Numbered from the stretch's first letter, positions 40,073 through 53,660 are shown. The stretch is 64,000 nucleotides of DNA from Octopus vulgaris (GCA_951406725.2 OX597825.1:31000001-31064000), one strand, 5' to 3'. The notes: a model not told the origin generated them from the letters alone. Made by a program: numbers and translations.

Positions 40073-40156
40073 TGGCTGATGAGTGCTCAGCATTTTAAAA
40101 CTGTTGTAATACTTACAACATTTAATAAAATGATGTAGTGCGAAACAATCATACCA
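40073..40156 (+). ncRNA. Type-I hammerhead with extended stem II, in a PLE-type end
   Basis: TGG CTGATGA GTGCT..long hairpin..AGTGC GAAA CAATCA TA CCA; CAATCA is consistent with CpG-decayed palindrome CGATCG; followed by TTGCTTATTTTGATT and (TA)n. Confidence 0.7.
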
Positions 40157-40188
40157 AATTACTGAAGTAATTCTTGTTGCTTATTTTG

Positions 40189-40228
<40 letters not shown>

Positions 40229-40257
40229 TCTAAGTTCCTTCTGCACTTCATTGAATA

Positions 40258-40560
40258 TCAGGTGATTAGAGACTCCCACCTGAATGGGCCACAATCCCTA
40301 TTATGAGTCTGCTCCCAGGACAGGCCTATAACAGGTAGATCCTTTTTCCAAGTCCTCAACGAGGTTTTCGCATGCCTGCCACACCTCTTGTTGCACTTGT
40401 CTAGCTTCCACTCAAGACAGGCTCTTGCTCTTTTCTTCATGGACATATTGATAGCAATTAACGATGCACTTCTTATCATTGACACATTCTGTAACATCTC
40501 TTCTTCCGACTGTGTATAGCCATGCATGTGTGCTTTTGGACATAGTGCCTTGTGTCTGGC
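40258..40560 (-). pseudogene. RTE-like LINE C-terminal fragment
   Basis: KRARACLEWK..KRCGRHAKTSLRTWKKDL..GLSWE. Confidence 0.6.
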
Positions 40561-41017
40561 CTTCATTTCTTCTTTTTACAGTCTAATTCATCTAGCTCAG
40601 CTTTAGCCAAATTAAAGCTACCAAGCACTGTACCATATCACAGACGCAGTCCAAGTGTTCACAGCAAGAATGTAGTTCCTTGCATAAAATTTACACTTAA
40701 GAATTTCAATCCTTTTGTTACCATATTTCTCTTGAAATACACATTCTGGTTTCAATTAATTTGCAATATAATTAAGCATTTATTGAAATAATTTTGTCAT
40801 TATTAAAGTGGTTTTTTTTTTGTTTTTTGTAACATAACTTAGTACCAAATTCCAATAATTGATTTTCTTAAAACAGTGAGTTCAGGCAACTTATTTTCTT
40901 GACCCTGAATGGATGAAAGGCAAAGTCCACTTTAGAAACATTTGAACTCAGAATGTACAGAGCCACAAAGCATTATGTCCATCACTCTAACAATTCTGCC
41001 AGCTTGTTGATATCAAC

Positions 41018-41107
<90 letters not shown>

Positions 41108-41119
41108 CAACAACTATTA

Positions 41120-41153
<34 letters not shown>

Positions 41154-41178
41154 CATTATTATTATTATTATTATTACT
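41018..41178. repeat. Head-to-head (AAT)n/(ATT)n arrays
   Basis: Direct reading. Confidence 0.93.
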
Positions 41179-41215
41179 AACAACAAAAAAGGCTTAGCTG
41201 TCATTCACAACTGAC

Positions 41216-41405
41216 CTTCTACTTGTTTCAGTCATTGGACTGTGGCCATGCTGGGGCACTGCCTTGAAGGGTGTAGTCAAACAAATCAACCCCACTATAT
41301 GTTTTTCTAACCCTGATACTTATTCTATCAGTCTCTTTTTGCCAAACCACTAAGTTACAGGGACATGAACAAACCAACACCAGTTGTTAAGAAGTACTGG
41401 GGGAC
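41216..41405 (-). mobile_element. SINE family A, 3' part
   Basis: ACTTGTTTCAGTCATTGGACTGTGGCCATGCTGG. Confidence 0.8.
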
Positions 41406-41477
41406 ATGTAATTGACTAACCCTTTCCCTATACCAAAATTTCAGGCCTTGTGCCTAATTTAGAAAGAAAATTATTAA

Positions 41478-41699
41478 CCCTTTAGCATTTAGACTATTGT
41501 GTTAAATGTAATGCTTGTTTATTCACATTGTTTTTGAATTAATCCTGGATTATCTCAGAGACTTGAGATTTCAATGATGTGATTGTTTATTTTTAAGAAT
41601 GATATTGTGAGGTAAGTGTGAGAGGCTGTATCTGGACAGTTTGAACATAAAACAAGTAAAATATTTGGGCCTGATATGCATAGTTTAAATACTGAAGGA
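41478..41699. mobile_element. piggyBac-type MITE
   Basis: TTAA|CCCTTTAGCATTTA ... TAAATACTGAAGGA|TTAA. Confidence 0.75.
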
Positions 41700-42199
41700 T
41701 TAAAAGTGGTGGATTGGCTTAATAATCAAATCCCAGGACATGTTTTAAGTTCAAATCCTACCATGATCAGATTTGACATTCATCATTTTAGAGTCAATAA
41801 AATATGAAATATAAATTAGGTATTAGGATCAATAAAACTAATTATTATCATTATTAAAGGTGTATATCATTATTTTTCATTTCTTTGCCTTATTTTACGC
41901 AAACAACCAAAGAAATTGTAATTTGTATTTGCAATATGCCTCTCATCTGGCACCCTTATGACAAATATTGGTAAATTACCAATTAGTAGAATCAGTGGAG
42001 CACACAATGAAAACTATGGTATTTAGTTATGTTTCTTTGCATTATTATTTCAAATCCTACTGGGATGAACTTTGCCTCTCCTAAGGATGGTGGATCATAA
42101 AACAAAGTACCAGTTATGTACTGGGTTGATTTAACCAATTTGCCTCCTTCTCTAAATTTCAGGCCTTAGCCCCATATTAGAAATGATTATTATTATATG

Positions 42200-43240
42200 C
42201 TTGTCTTTTGCTTTGTATTAGAATAAGTTGACTCCAAGTCTCACCCAGGGACCTCAAGAGACAACAAGTTGGTTTTATGACTAAGGTGCCATATATTTGG
42301 TTTTTGCACAGAGTATTGTTCTAGAGAATGCCTGTCAAAAAATAAGTAAATTAGAAGTTTGTTTTAAAAGTAGTTTAATTAAAAGATGATAGTCTGATGT
42401 TAAGATGACAGTAAAAGTGCTTTTTCTGTTATGTATATTTAAAAGTATTTTGACACTGTTTACAGATTAAAATATTTTGGGGATTACATAGACAATATTT
42501 CACAGAGGATATTGGCAGTTCCTATGAGCACTATTTTAAAAAATTTCTTCCATTTTCAGATTTCCTGGTATCTGACCTATGTAGCAATCAGCTTCTTTTG
42601 CTATCATTCCAGTGGTACCTAAGAGAACAGGTACTGTTTTAGTCTTGAGGTTCCACATTTTGCAAATTTCTGTTCAAGATCTTTATACTTGCTCAGTTTT
42701 TTTTGGTAGGTCTTGATATTTATGTTGATTGAGACAGACATATCAATGAGGAGGCATGTTCTTTGTTTGAAATCCTTCAATATAATGTCTGGCCTATTTG
42801 CATTTATCTTTCTGTCAGTTTGAACAGTGAAGTTCCAAAGGAGTGACATGTGGTCATTTTCAAGCACTGGTGGTGGTTTGTGTTACCACCAGTTTTTATC
42901 ACAGGGCAGGTGCAATCTTTCCAAATTACCCAGTGAATATACTGTGCAGCTCTATCATGCCTGTTGAGATACTCTGTAAGCATAAGAAGACTGCACATGG
43001 AGACAACATGATCGATGGTTTCATTTTGTTGTTTACATACACAACATGTTGGGCTACTGCCGTTCTTTAATATGTTGGCCTAGTAGCTCCTTGCAGGTAG
43101 GCATTGATCTTGGGCTGCTAAGATAAACCCTTCTGTCTAAGATAAACCCTTCTGACTTTAAGCCAGAAAACACCAACTACTGATGTGTGAGGGCTTTGTC
43201 AACATCAACATTATTAGCTCTCTTTCGGTATTTGCAATTA
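42200..43240 (-). pseudogene. R4/Dong-like LINE 3' fragment (CCHC plus RLE plus 3' UTR)
   Basis: EYLNRHDRAAQYIHW..ENDHMSLLWNFTVQTDRKINANRPDIIL..LLIDMSV..KLSKYKDLE. Confidence 0.88.
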
Positions 43241-43398
43241 TTACTTAGTTATTACTTAGTTATCTCAGTGTAAGAATGTTGAATTGGAATAAGTTTTCCT
43301 TGTAGACCATGCTACATCAACCAGCTTTAGATCTCAAAGACTCTTATCTTATGATCCTTGACGTTTAGTAAAGAAACAGTGGTTGACAGAGGTTTGAC

Positions 43399-43531
<133 letters not shown>

Positions 43532-43609
43532 TACATATTTATATATATATATATATATCCCTCTCTCTCTCTTTCGGAGAGGCACAAGCACCTACATGCA
43601 CATATACAC

Positions 43610-43763
43610 ACACGGCAGTAACTTCCACCTACCGAATTCAATCACAAAGCTGCGGTCAGCTCGGGGCTATAGTGGAAGACACCTACCCAAAGTGCCACGC
43701 AGTGGGACTGAACCCGAAACCATGTAGCTAGGAAGCAAGCTCCCTAACCATACAGCCATGCCC
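43610..43763 (-). mobile_element. SINE family A, 5' part
   Basis: GCCACGCAGTGGGACTGAACCCG. Confidence 0.85.
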
Positions 43764-44084
43764 GATATATACATATATATATACATATATACACACATAT
43801 ATATACACACGTATACATATACATATATATGTATATTTATATAGATATACATCTATATGTACATATATATATATGTATGTATGTATGATATCTATACATA
43901 TATATATGTATTATATATATATATATATATATAGAAGGGCATCATTCATACAGACAGACAAAGAGGGAGAGACACAGACAAATGTACATAGACAGAGCGA
44001 CAGAGTGGAGCAGACTAAGAAAGACAGACAGACAATCATAAAGACAGACAAATAGACAGATTCACAGACAGACTGGCATACACT

Positions 44085-44153
<69 letters not shown>

Positions 44154-44417
44154 TGAGAGGCAGGTAGGGAGGCAGAGAGAATGACATTTAGAAATGAGAA
44201 AATGATAGCAGACAAGCAGATATACAAGAGTTAGAAGAGCAGTGGAAACAAGAACAACAACATGAGTGAGGGTGAAAACAACAGCAAGAAAGAGTGTAAT
44301 AAAACAATAGCAATGACTGCAACAGGAATAACAACAACAACAACAGCCAAAACAGCAACAACAAAAAAAAACGCAAGCAAGAACAATAAACACCACAACA
44401 ACAGCAACGCAGTAATC

Positions 44418-44914
44418 AACACACACATATATATACATACATATGTACACACACATATACACATATGTACACATATACATACACACATAGATACTCACAC
44501 ACACACATATATATACACATACATACATGTATATATACACACATGTATATATACATACATGTATATATACACATATATACATACATATACATATACACAT
44601 AGATACTCACACACACACACATATATATACACATACATGTATATATATACACACATGTATATATACATACATGTATATATACACATATACATGTATAATC
44701 ATACATGCCTAGACATACACACACATAAATACACATACACACACTTAAATACATATATACATACAGAAATACATACACACATACATACGCATACATGCAT
44801 ACATATACATACTTACATACACACATACCCGTACATCCATTCATATACACACACATACACACATACAAAAATATACACATAGTCACACATATGTACATAC
44901 TTACACACACACAC
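44418..44914. repeat. Degenerate (CA)/(TA) array with internal higher-order duplication
   Basis: CACATAGATACTCACACAC unit occurs twice. Confidence 0.9.
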
Positions 44915-45454
44915 AACAGGCAGGTTAATTAACAGTTGATGGTAAATCCACCTGATGTTCATTAACTTATCAACAAACTAATTAATCCAATCAAGTCATT
45001 ATTTAGCTAATTCCACCAACCTATCACCACCTTCTACACCTCCGCCCTCACCCCTTAAGCACACACACCTTCTTAATTATTGCTTTTTTTTTAATGAATT
45101 TATTTTTTTTATTGCTTCGTTTAATTTTATGTAAAGTCTTGTTATTGATTTCCTGCCCTTCGTTTCATTCAATTAAAGATTTTAGGGCAATAATTATGGT
45201 CGATTTTTAATTGTTTTTTTTTTTTGCTTTGTTTTAGTAACTATTTTTTCTACTGTGTTCGTATTAATTTTTTTTTTTACATCGTTAGGTTTTTAATTAT
45301 TGTAACTGAATATTGTTTTTTGAGAGAGGTGAAAGTAGATGGGAGGGATATCTAAGTATATATTGTCTTGTTGTTGGTGTTGTTATTGCTGTAGTTCTTG
45401 CCGCTGTTATTGCTTAACCACCACCACCAATTCTTCAGTTGCTGTACTTGCTGC

Positions 45455-45744
45455 TCTTCATCTTCTTCTTCTTCCTCCCCCTCCTCCTCCTTCCTCTTCC
45501 TCTTCTTCTTCTTTTTCCTCCTCCTCCTCCTCCTTCTTCCTCTTCTTTTTCTTCTTCCTCCTCTTCTTCTTTTCTTCCTCCTCCTCCTTCCTCTTCTTCT
45601 TCTTCCCCCCCTCCTCCTCTTCTTCTTCCTCCTCCTCTTCTTCTTCTTCTTCCTCCCCCTCCTCTTCTTCTTCCTCCTCCTCTTCTTCTTCTTCCTCCCC
45701 TCCTCTTCTTCTACCGCCTCCTCCTCCTCCGCCTCCTCCTCCTC
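45455..45744. repeat. (CCT/CTT)n polypyrimidine tract
   Basis: Direct reading. Confidence 0.96.
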
Positions 45745-46436
45745 AATTCTTATGTATTTCAAAGTGTGCATGAATTTACCTAAGAGTGTATGAGCCTGTG
45801 TGAAAGGGTGAATATATATATATACATATATATGTATATATATACATCCATCTGTGCACATGTATGAATGTGCACGCAGAAATACATGTATACATGCACT
45901 TGTGAGTGTATTGTTTGCATTCTTCTGCCTCCAATGTACTTTTAAGTGTGTGTGTGTGGGTGTGTGTGGGTGTGCATGTGCTTGTGTGTTTCGGTATATG
46001 TGTGTTTGTGTGCATATGTGTTTGTGTGTGTGCGTGCGTGTTTGTATGTGTGCATGTACGTCTGTATGTATTCATGTATGTGCTGTGTATCTGCACATGT
46101 GCATTTGCATGTGTGTGTGTGCATGTGTGCTTGTTGTGTGTGCACGTGTGTGCCTCTATGGGTAAGTCTGTGTCTGTCTTTGTTGTTGTTGTTGTTGTTG
46201 TTGTTTAGCCCCAGGTAAATTCTATTTGCAGACAGATATTGGTCAGAGGTGCTACAGTAGGGGGCCAACTTGTCTTTATTTATCAGACATACTGTATCCA
46301 TATGTGGCAGGAGGTGGGGAGTGCTGGTGATGCTGATTGGTGCTGGTGATGAGTATGGGTGCATGTGTGTATGTGTGAGTACATACAATTATATTTATCA
46401 TTACTAAAAAATTAAATCATTATTGTTACTATTATT

Positions 46437-46831
46437 GAGTGGGAGAGTAGTGTATGCCACCCAAGTGATACTGGGGTACAAATATACAAAACTCAATATA
46501 CCCATCTTCACTACCCTTTTGATAAGGGTTCACCAGCCATGTCCATCACAAATAAATGTGCATGACATAGTGACCTTATTTCAATATCAACAGTGCATGA
46601 CCTTGCACGTGGGGCCCAGTTAAAATTTTCTTTAGGTCAAATAGCCCATCCTGATTAAAAGGTCCCTGAATAAGGGATGTTTAGGTATGATGAACAAAAC
46701 ACCCATGTCTCCAGGGGTGAATCATTCAAATTTCAAAGAACCCCTCTCAACACCTGGCTATGTTGCTCCGTCATTACTTCTGCTCATGATCAGAGATGCA
46801 CATATCGTCAGCCACTAGGGGACATGTTCAA
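46437..46831. mobile_element. Shorter copy of the (ATT)n-embedded repeat
   Basis: Colinear with 36757-37148. Confidence 0.85.
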
Positions 46832-47324
46832 GTTATTATTATCAGTATTATCATCATTATTATTATTATTATTATTATTATAGATGTCACACAGTATACA
46901 ATATCATGGGGTTGTTGATTGAAGATATTGTCAAGTCACAACAAGGACCTCTATCATTATTATTATTATTATCATTATTATCATTATTATTATTATTATT
47001 ATATCATGCAAAATCTCAGTTTTATTTACCGGATATGATACAAAAATGTTAGCTGTCCACAACCAGCAGACTAAGGTGACACTTGTTTACTGCAGTTCTA
47101 AGCAATGATGATTTTTGTAGGTGTTTTATTTTTACATTCATACCAATTTTCTTGAGAACCTGTTGGTAGTGGAGTACAGATACTTCCAAATGCACCAGTT
47201 ACAATTGGTATCACATCCACTCTCTTCATTGCCCACACTTCAATTCATCATAGTTGTTCACCTTTTCTTCTTTCTCTTCTTTACATTCTGTGTGTGTGTC
47301 TGTGTGTGTATGAGAGAGAGAGAG

Positions 47325-47800
47325 AATTCAGGGAGATTTTACCTCTGTTGGCAATGAAAGGTCTCTCTCCTCAAGTGAAAGGAAGAATGTTTGATGCATA
47401 TATATATATATATATACAAACAGTAATGCTACATGACAGTGAAACATGGACCCTGAATGCAGAAGACATGCAAAGGCAAGAGAGGAATGAAACTAGTATA
47501 TTCCTCTGGATGTGCAATGTCGGCATACATGTGCAACAGAACACTAGTGTATTGAGAGAAAAGAGGAATTAGATGCAATGTGAAAAAGAGAAGACTGCAT
47601 TGGTTTGAGCATGTGATATGTATGGATGCAGAGGGTTGCATATAGAATTCCTGATCACTTAAAGTGGATGGAATTCATAGAAAAGGGAGACTTAGGAAGA
47701 CATGGGATGAATTACTGAAGGCTGATCTCAAGACACTGAGCGCTATGACAATGGACTGAGATATCTGACACCTTACTGCACTCAAGAAGACCTATCCAAC
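47325..47800 (+). pseudogene. RTE LINE C-terminal fragment
   Basis: FREILPLL..VKGRMFDA..MLHDSETW..MCNV..RRLHWFEHV..GRLRKTWDELLKADLK. Confidence 0.87.
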
Positions 47801-48086
47801 ACAACAAAAGAATTGTCTGAAGATGATGATGATGGTGAGCTGAAATCTGCCCTACACCCACCTGTATTTTGTATTTTCCCACTTTTCATCACTTCTCTAT
47901 CACCTGAGAGCAGAAAGGCACATACTACATCCTCCTGCTTTCTCAGTTATCCCTTTCTCAACCCCAAACCACATCCATTCCCTAATATTCACCCCCCCCA
48001 CCTTCTGTCTCCCTAATCACCTCCTTTCTGTGCCTTTTATTCCTTTGGTTATTCTCTATCATCAACACCTCACATATCAGCTATCA

Positions 48087-48230
48087 CCAAGTTCGACTTT
48101 GCCTTTCATCCTTTCAGAGTCAATAAATTAAGTACCAGTTACACACTGGGGTCAATGTAATCAACTTAATCCGCTTGTCTGTCCTTGTTTGTCCCCTCTG
48201 TGTTTAGCCCCTAGTGGGTAGTAAAGAAAT
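48087..48230 (+). mobile_element. SINE family B, 3' half
   Basis: GACTTTGCCTTTCATCCTTTCAGAGTCAATAAATTAAGTACCAG. Confidence 0.85.
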
Positions 48231-48449
48231 ATATCACCTTCAATCTCCTCACACACCTACTGCAGATCCTGTCCCCAAGCCATTCCTATATTTCACTCCA
48301 TCATGTGCCTCTTTGTATGACACAACCTGTTCTCCCCACTCCTACCCCACCAAGGTCCCTCACAGGACACATCTTTGCCACCATCTCTCTCACTATTGCT
48401 CTCCTTGTCTTACTCTCTAACTCACCCTCCTTTCTTTGTCAACTGGAGT

Positions 48450-48828
48450 ACTCATGTACTCTGAGCACCTTTTCAAACTCCATCTGTCTAACACCTGTGG
48501 ACATGTTTACAAAGTCAGAAAACAGCACAGCTCCCATGACTTTCGGAAACATTTTTTCATGCTAAGAGTTGCTGAAGTATGGAACAAACTGCTGGCATCA
48601 GTTGTTAGTTGTTGGAGCACTGCATCCTTCAAAACTTTCATGCTTCCTGAGATTCGCCAACACTACACCTGATTTTCTCCCCTCCATACACATGCAAGCA
48701 TGTATCTGACTCATACACTGTTCACTTTCTAGACATTTGTACATTACTGCATATGCTTTATACACACTTTTTGACAAGTTGTGGTGCACCTGAGCACTGT
48801 ATACAATAATTTCATTATTATTATTATA

Positions 48829-48872
<44 letters not shown>
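48450..48872 (+). pseudogene. CR1-clade LINE 3' end with (ATT)n tail
   Basis: TCGHVYKVRK..RKHFFMLRVAEVWNKL..VV..STASFK matches the CR1 C-terminal signature. Confidence 0.88.
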
Positions 48873-48944
48873 TCTACAGCAACATTGTCCTTTTATATCC
48901 CAAACCTCTCATCAACTAGTAAAGAATACCACCCACTCAGTAGT

Positions 48945-49335
48945 ACTTCCTTCTCCCATTTGAGGGGTTTTTGTCTCGCAAGTTACTTGGTAACCCTATC
49001 AGTGCTATTGCTATACAAAAAGCACCAACGCTGGTACCAAGTAAATAGCACTGGTGTTGGTGCCACATAAAAAGCACTGGTGTTGGTGCCATGTGAAAAG
49101 CACCCAGTACACTCTGTAAAGTTGCTGGCATGTGGAAATGCATCCAGCCATAGAAAATATAGCATAACAGACAATGGAACCTGGTACAGCTCTCAGCTTT
49201 ACCAATTCCTGTCAAACCATTCAACCTATGCCAGCATGGAAAATGGAAGTTAAATGATGATGATTATGATGATGATGATGATGATGATGATGATAATGTT
49301 GATAATGATGATGATGATGATAATGATGATGATGC
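48945..49335 (+). mobile_element. RTE-type 3' UTR with internal tandem repeats and (GAT)n tail
   Basis: GCATCCAGCCATAGAAA..ATGCCAGCATGGAAAA..TAAATGATGA. Confidence 0.75.
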
Positions 49336-49344
49336 TGCCTGTTT

Positions 49345-49526
49345 GTTTGGTTGTTTGTTGAGTGAAGCGGTCTTCATCCCAGAGGTCACAAGTAGTGGGA
49401 GAAGTCCGAAACGTGGTCCTTTGCTATTCGTAAGACCGGCAGAAGAGAAAGCAGGTCAACCCCCGACACTGAGAGCATCGACGGATGGATGAATGCACAT
49501 CCAGGCTCAGCGGTTGCGTAGGAAGA
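49345..49526 (-). mobile_element. SINE family C tail type 1, headless
   Basis: Matches about 20030-20187 (GCAGGTCAACCCCCGACAC). Confidence 0.85.
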
Positions 49527-50371
49527 TGATGATGCTGATATATTAGCATGCATCAATGTATCTTCTTAATTTCCATTATTTCACATAGAGTTGAACGTCA
49601 CTGGATAGTTCCGGATAGTTTAATATGAGCCAAAATTCTGGTCTCTCACACACTCCCTTTTACAGTGCAACATTGCTCGTTCAGTAAAAAGGAGAGGTGG
49701 GGAAGAGAGAGAAAGAGAGAAGGAGAGAGAGAGAGAGAGAGAGACAAAAATGGAGAAACAGAGTAAAAGAGTGAAAGAGACAAGAACCAACACCTGTGCT
49801 TCTTGACAGGTATGTTATTTAAGTATCTACCAACACACATACATGTATGCATATATCTATGCATGTGTCGAGCATGGATTGCTACTAGTCACCCAATAAA
49901 AATTACTAAATGTACATACAGAGAGAGAGAGACAGAGAGAGAGAGAGACATATGTAGACACACGCACACACACACACACACATATATACATACACAAACA
50001 CACATAGATGCGCACACACTCTCCTTGCACTTGGTTTCGTTACAAAGTTACAGAAAGTCTCTGATGCATTCTGATCTTGTTGCCAAGTTTCCTGCGCCGG
50101 GGCCATCCTGCACAGTTGTGCAATGTTGCTGTGGTGATAATTTCATTTAGCAATCATCTCCTGACTGATCTCAAAGCAAAAGTATCTAATTAACTTTCTG
50201 TCTTCGTTATATATTGGATGCATATATGTATATATATATATATATACATACATATATATGTGTGTGTATATATATGTATATATATATATATATATATAAT
50301 ATAGATATATATATATACATACATATATATATATATATGTGTGTGTATATATATGCATATATATGTGTATG

Positions 50372-50402
<31 letters not shown>

Positions 50403-50435
50403 GTATGTATATATGTATATATGTATATGTATATA

Positions 50436-50507
<72 letters not shown>

Positions 50508-51959
50508 TGTATGTATATTGCTACAATTCAGTATGAGGAGACCATCTAAGCCTATGCTACCATAATACACCAGTATTACAAAAGCCTCAGAGTGCCTTTA
50601 GTAAATTAGAAGAGCAATACCAAGGAAAGATGAAAGAGGCTAGATTGCCCTAAACCAATTTAGCCTATAAGTAAATAAATAAATAAATAAATAAACAAAT
50701 AATTAAATAAACAAATAAATAAATACATATGTGTGTATGTATGTATATATAGATATAAGCATTTATATACAGATATATGGGTATATGCAGATATATGTAC
50801 ATATATATATGCACACACCATAATCATGCATTATTTTTTTAGACAATTGTTGTATGCACTCTTTCTCATCTCTCTCTCTGTCTCTCTTTGTGCACATGCA
50901 TATACATATATGCACATATGCACATGCACACACACACACACAGTGATATTAACACATGCACCCATACACACTCACACGTAAGTAAGCTACCATTAAATGC
51001 GATAATGATCCAAAGAGTCCAGTGTGCAAGCCTGCAGCAAACTGATTGAGAGAGAGAGAGAGAGAGAGAAAAAGAGAGAGACAGGGAATATATGTGTCGG
51101 AGAAAGAGAGAGAGAGAGGGGGGGAAAGTGAAAGTGAAAGAGACTGAGAGGCTGACCTCATTATTTCTCACGAGAGAGTGAAAAGAGAACGCTGCCTCCT
51201 CAGATGCTTCAGGTTTTACTTAATGATCAAGGTCAAAATTAGTTAAAGAAATGAAGCAGAGTTATTAATTCAAAGGGAATTTCGTTAAGTGCATCAGAGC
51301 ATTGAAAATGGTGAATTTCTTTTGCAGCTTTGCATTTTGAATAGTTTTTTTTTTTTTTCCTAGCGAAAAGAGAAGTAGCAGTAGCAGTACCCGTGACCTT
51401 TGTGTTCCTTCCTCCCCTCTACTTCACCCTTTCTTCAGTCTAGTGAAAATGACACGGTTAAATGAGAAATGAAAAGAACTAATCTTAATACTCTTCACTG
51501 TTACTTCATTAGCAACAGAAAGTTATTTCCATCAGATCTGCTTTTATATGCTTTTATTTTTTAATTAATTACTTTTATGCATTTTAAAATTTTTTTTTGC
51601 ATGTGCGTGTGTCTGTTTGTGAGAGTCGGGTTTACTAAAATCTCTCAATGCTGATATGATGGTTACCATTAAAAGGGATAAAACAACAGGCTATCAGCAT
51701 TTATCTAATGCTGCTGGAAGCATCAACATTAACGGCACTTATCTCATAAAATCGGCCACTTGCTCTAATGAAGCTTCATGTCCTAGGCACAATGGCTTTG
51801 TCTATATTTAATATCTTGCTGTGTGTGTGTGTGTGTGTGTGTGTTTCTTTATAGTATTTGCTTGGTTATCTCTTGAAGAATAAGAACTCAGAATATGTGT
51901 AGAGTAACCTTGCAATGAAAAAAGTCAGACACTGTGAGAATTGTAATATCAGTTTCATT

Positions 51960-52022
51960 AAGCCTTGTGAGTGGATTTGGTAGATGGAAACTGAAAGAAG
52001 CCCATTGTATATATGTGTGTGC

Positions 52023-52058
<36 letters not shown>

Positions 52059-52267
52059 TTGTTTGTATGTGTTTGTCCCCACATCATCACTTGACAACCG
52101 ATGCTGGTGTATTTACATCCCCATAACTTAGCAGTTTGGCAAAAGAGACCGATAGAATAAGTACTAGGCTTACAAAGAATAAGTCCTGGGGTCAATTTTC
52201 TCAACCAAAGGCAGTGCTCCAGCATGGCCACAGTTAAATGACTGAAGCAAGTAAAAGAGTAAAAGAG
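51960..52267 (+). mobile_element. SINE family A, 5'-truncated
   Basis: GCCTTGTGAGTGGATTTGG through TAAAAGAG tail. Confidence 0.9.
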
Positions 52268-52581
52268 TATCGAAACATGGAGTAGATGAAACAGGGACAA
52301 CTGATGAAGGGCAACGTTCTTTATGTTGCATGTCTCGTATCTCTGTTTTTTTTGTTGCTCGAAAAAAGTTTCTTTCTATGTTTTCACTTTTATGTTTTCG
52401 TTTCTCATTGTGTTCAATGTTTTTTGATATCCAGTAGCATGTAGTATATATACATATGTATGTAGGTATGTACATATATATATATGTATATATGCATATA
52501 TTTATATGTTATTTATATTAGATATATATATATATATGTTGATGTGTGTGTGTATGTATGGATGTATATATATATATATAA

Positions 52582-52708
52582 AATCAAAATAAGCAACAAG
52601 GATATTCTTGTTGCTTATTTTGATTATAATCACCCCATTTGATTTATATGGATAATACCATACCAAATTCTGGTGCCTTTAACTTAAGTAACATATTCAT
52701 CTGAATCT
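52582..52708. mobile_element. Palindromic PLE-type terminus
   Basis: 19-bp perfect arms 52582-52600 / 52607-52625; 52650-52708 resembles the reverse complement of 25309-25365. Confidence 0.75.
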
Positions 52709-52724
52709 CTCTCTCTCTTTATAT

Positions 52725-52756
<32 letters not shown>

Positions 52757-53032
52757 ATAAATAAAACATATGCATATATATGTACATATATGTACGTACC
52801 TACCTCTACATGTATATATACACGCATATATGAGTACAGGACACCAAAAAAAAACGTTGAACGCAATGAGAAACGCAAACATAGACACAAACACAAGGAA
52901 CTGGACATTTTTCTTAAACAACAAAAAAAAAACAAAAAAAGAGTACAGGACAAATAACACAAGGAAAAAAACCCCTTCTTCAGTCGCCATGGTTTCATCT
53001 ACTCTATGTTTCGTAGGTGGTATGTATGTGTA

Positions 53033-53272
53033 TCATCATCATCATCATCATTTAACATCAGCTTCCTATGACTGCAACTGGTAATTTAGAGAGCTGCACC
53101 AGATTCCAGTCTGATTTTGGCATGGTTTCTACAAATGGATAACCTTCCTAATGCCAACCACTATGATTGTAGTGGGTGACTTTTATGTGACACCAGCACA
53201 GATGCTGTTACGTGTCACCAGCACCAGCCACAATTATGACTTCACTTGGCTTGACAAGTCTTCTCAAGCACA
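53033..53272 (-). mobile_element. RTE LINE 3' end
   Basis: (CAT)n, UTR, GTCTTCTCAAGCAC. Confidence 0.75.
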
Positions 53273-53660
53273 CACACACACACATATGGCCTCTTTTTTC
53301 TGTCTTCTAAGAGAATTTACCTGATTTTCTCAGCTATTTTCACAGCCACTCTGGATTCAAGAATTCCTTTATTTTCTGTAGAAAACCAACTCACTTGGCA
53401 CTTCTAAGCTTATTTACAAAATGTTCTCATATATACATATATATATATAAATTAAAATAGCAGTTAAAATATCCTCAGAAAGGGATAAAAATATCCAGTG
53501 AAATACTGGTTCATTACCTATTATTTTTTTTTACAAATGGTAATATTCCTAAAATAATAAGTTTAAGTACAAACCATGGTCTATAAATATTCAAATTGAA
53601 ATTCAGAAAATGGAGATGTAACATTAATATAATTTATTAACTGCAAAAATTCAACATATT

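Noticed and set aside
49015-49105. Short repeats AGCACTGGTGTTGGTGCCA, superficially CRISPR-like
   Set aside because: Tandem units without unique spacers inside a LINE 3' UTR, in a eukaryotic context with no cas genes.
52268-52440. CTGATGAAGGG in a PLE-like T-rich end
   Set aside because: No downstream GAAA or stem III.
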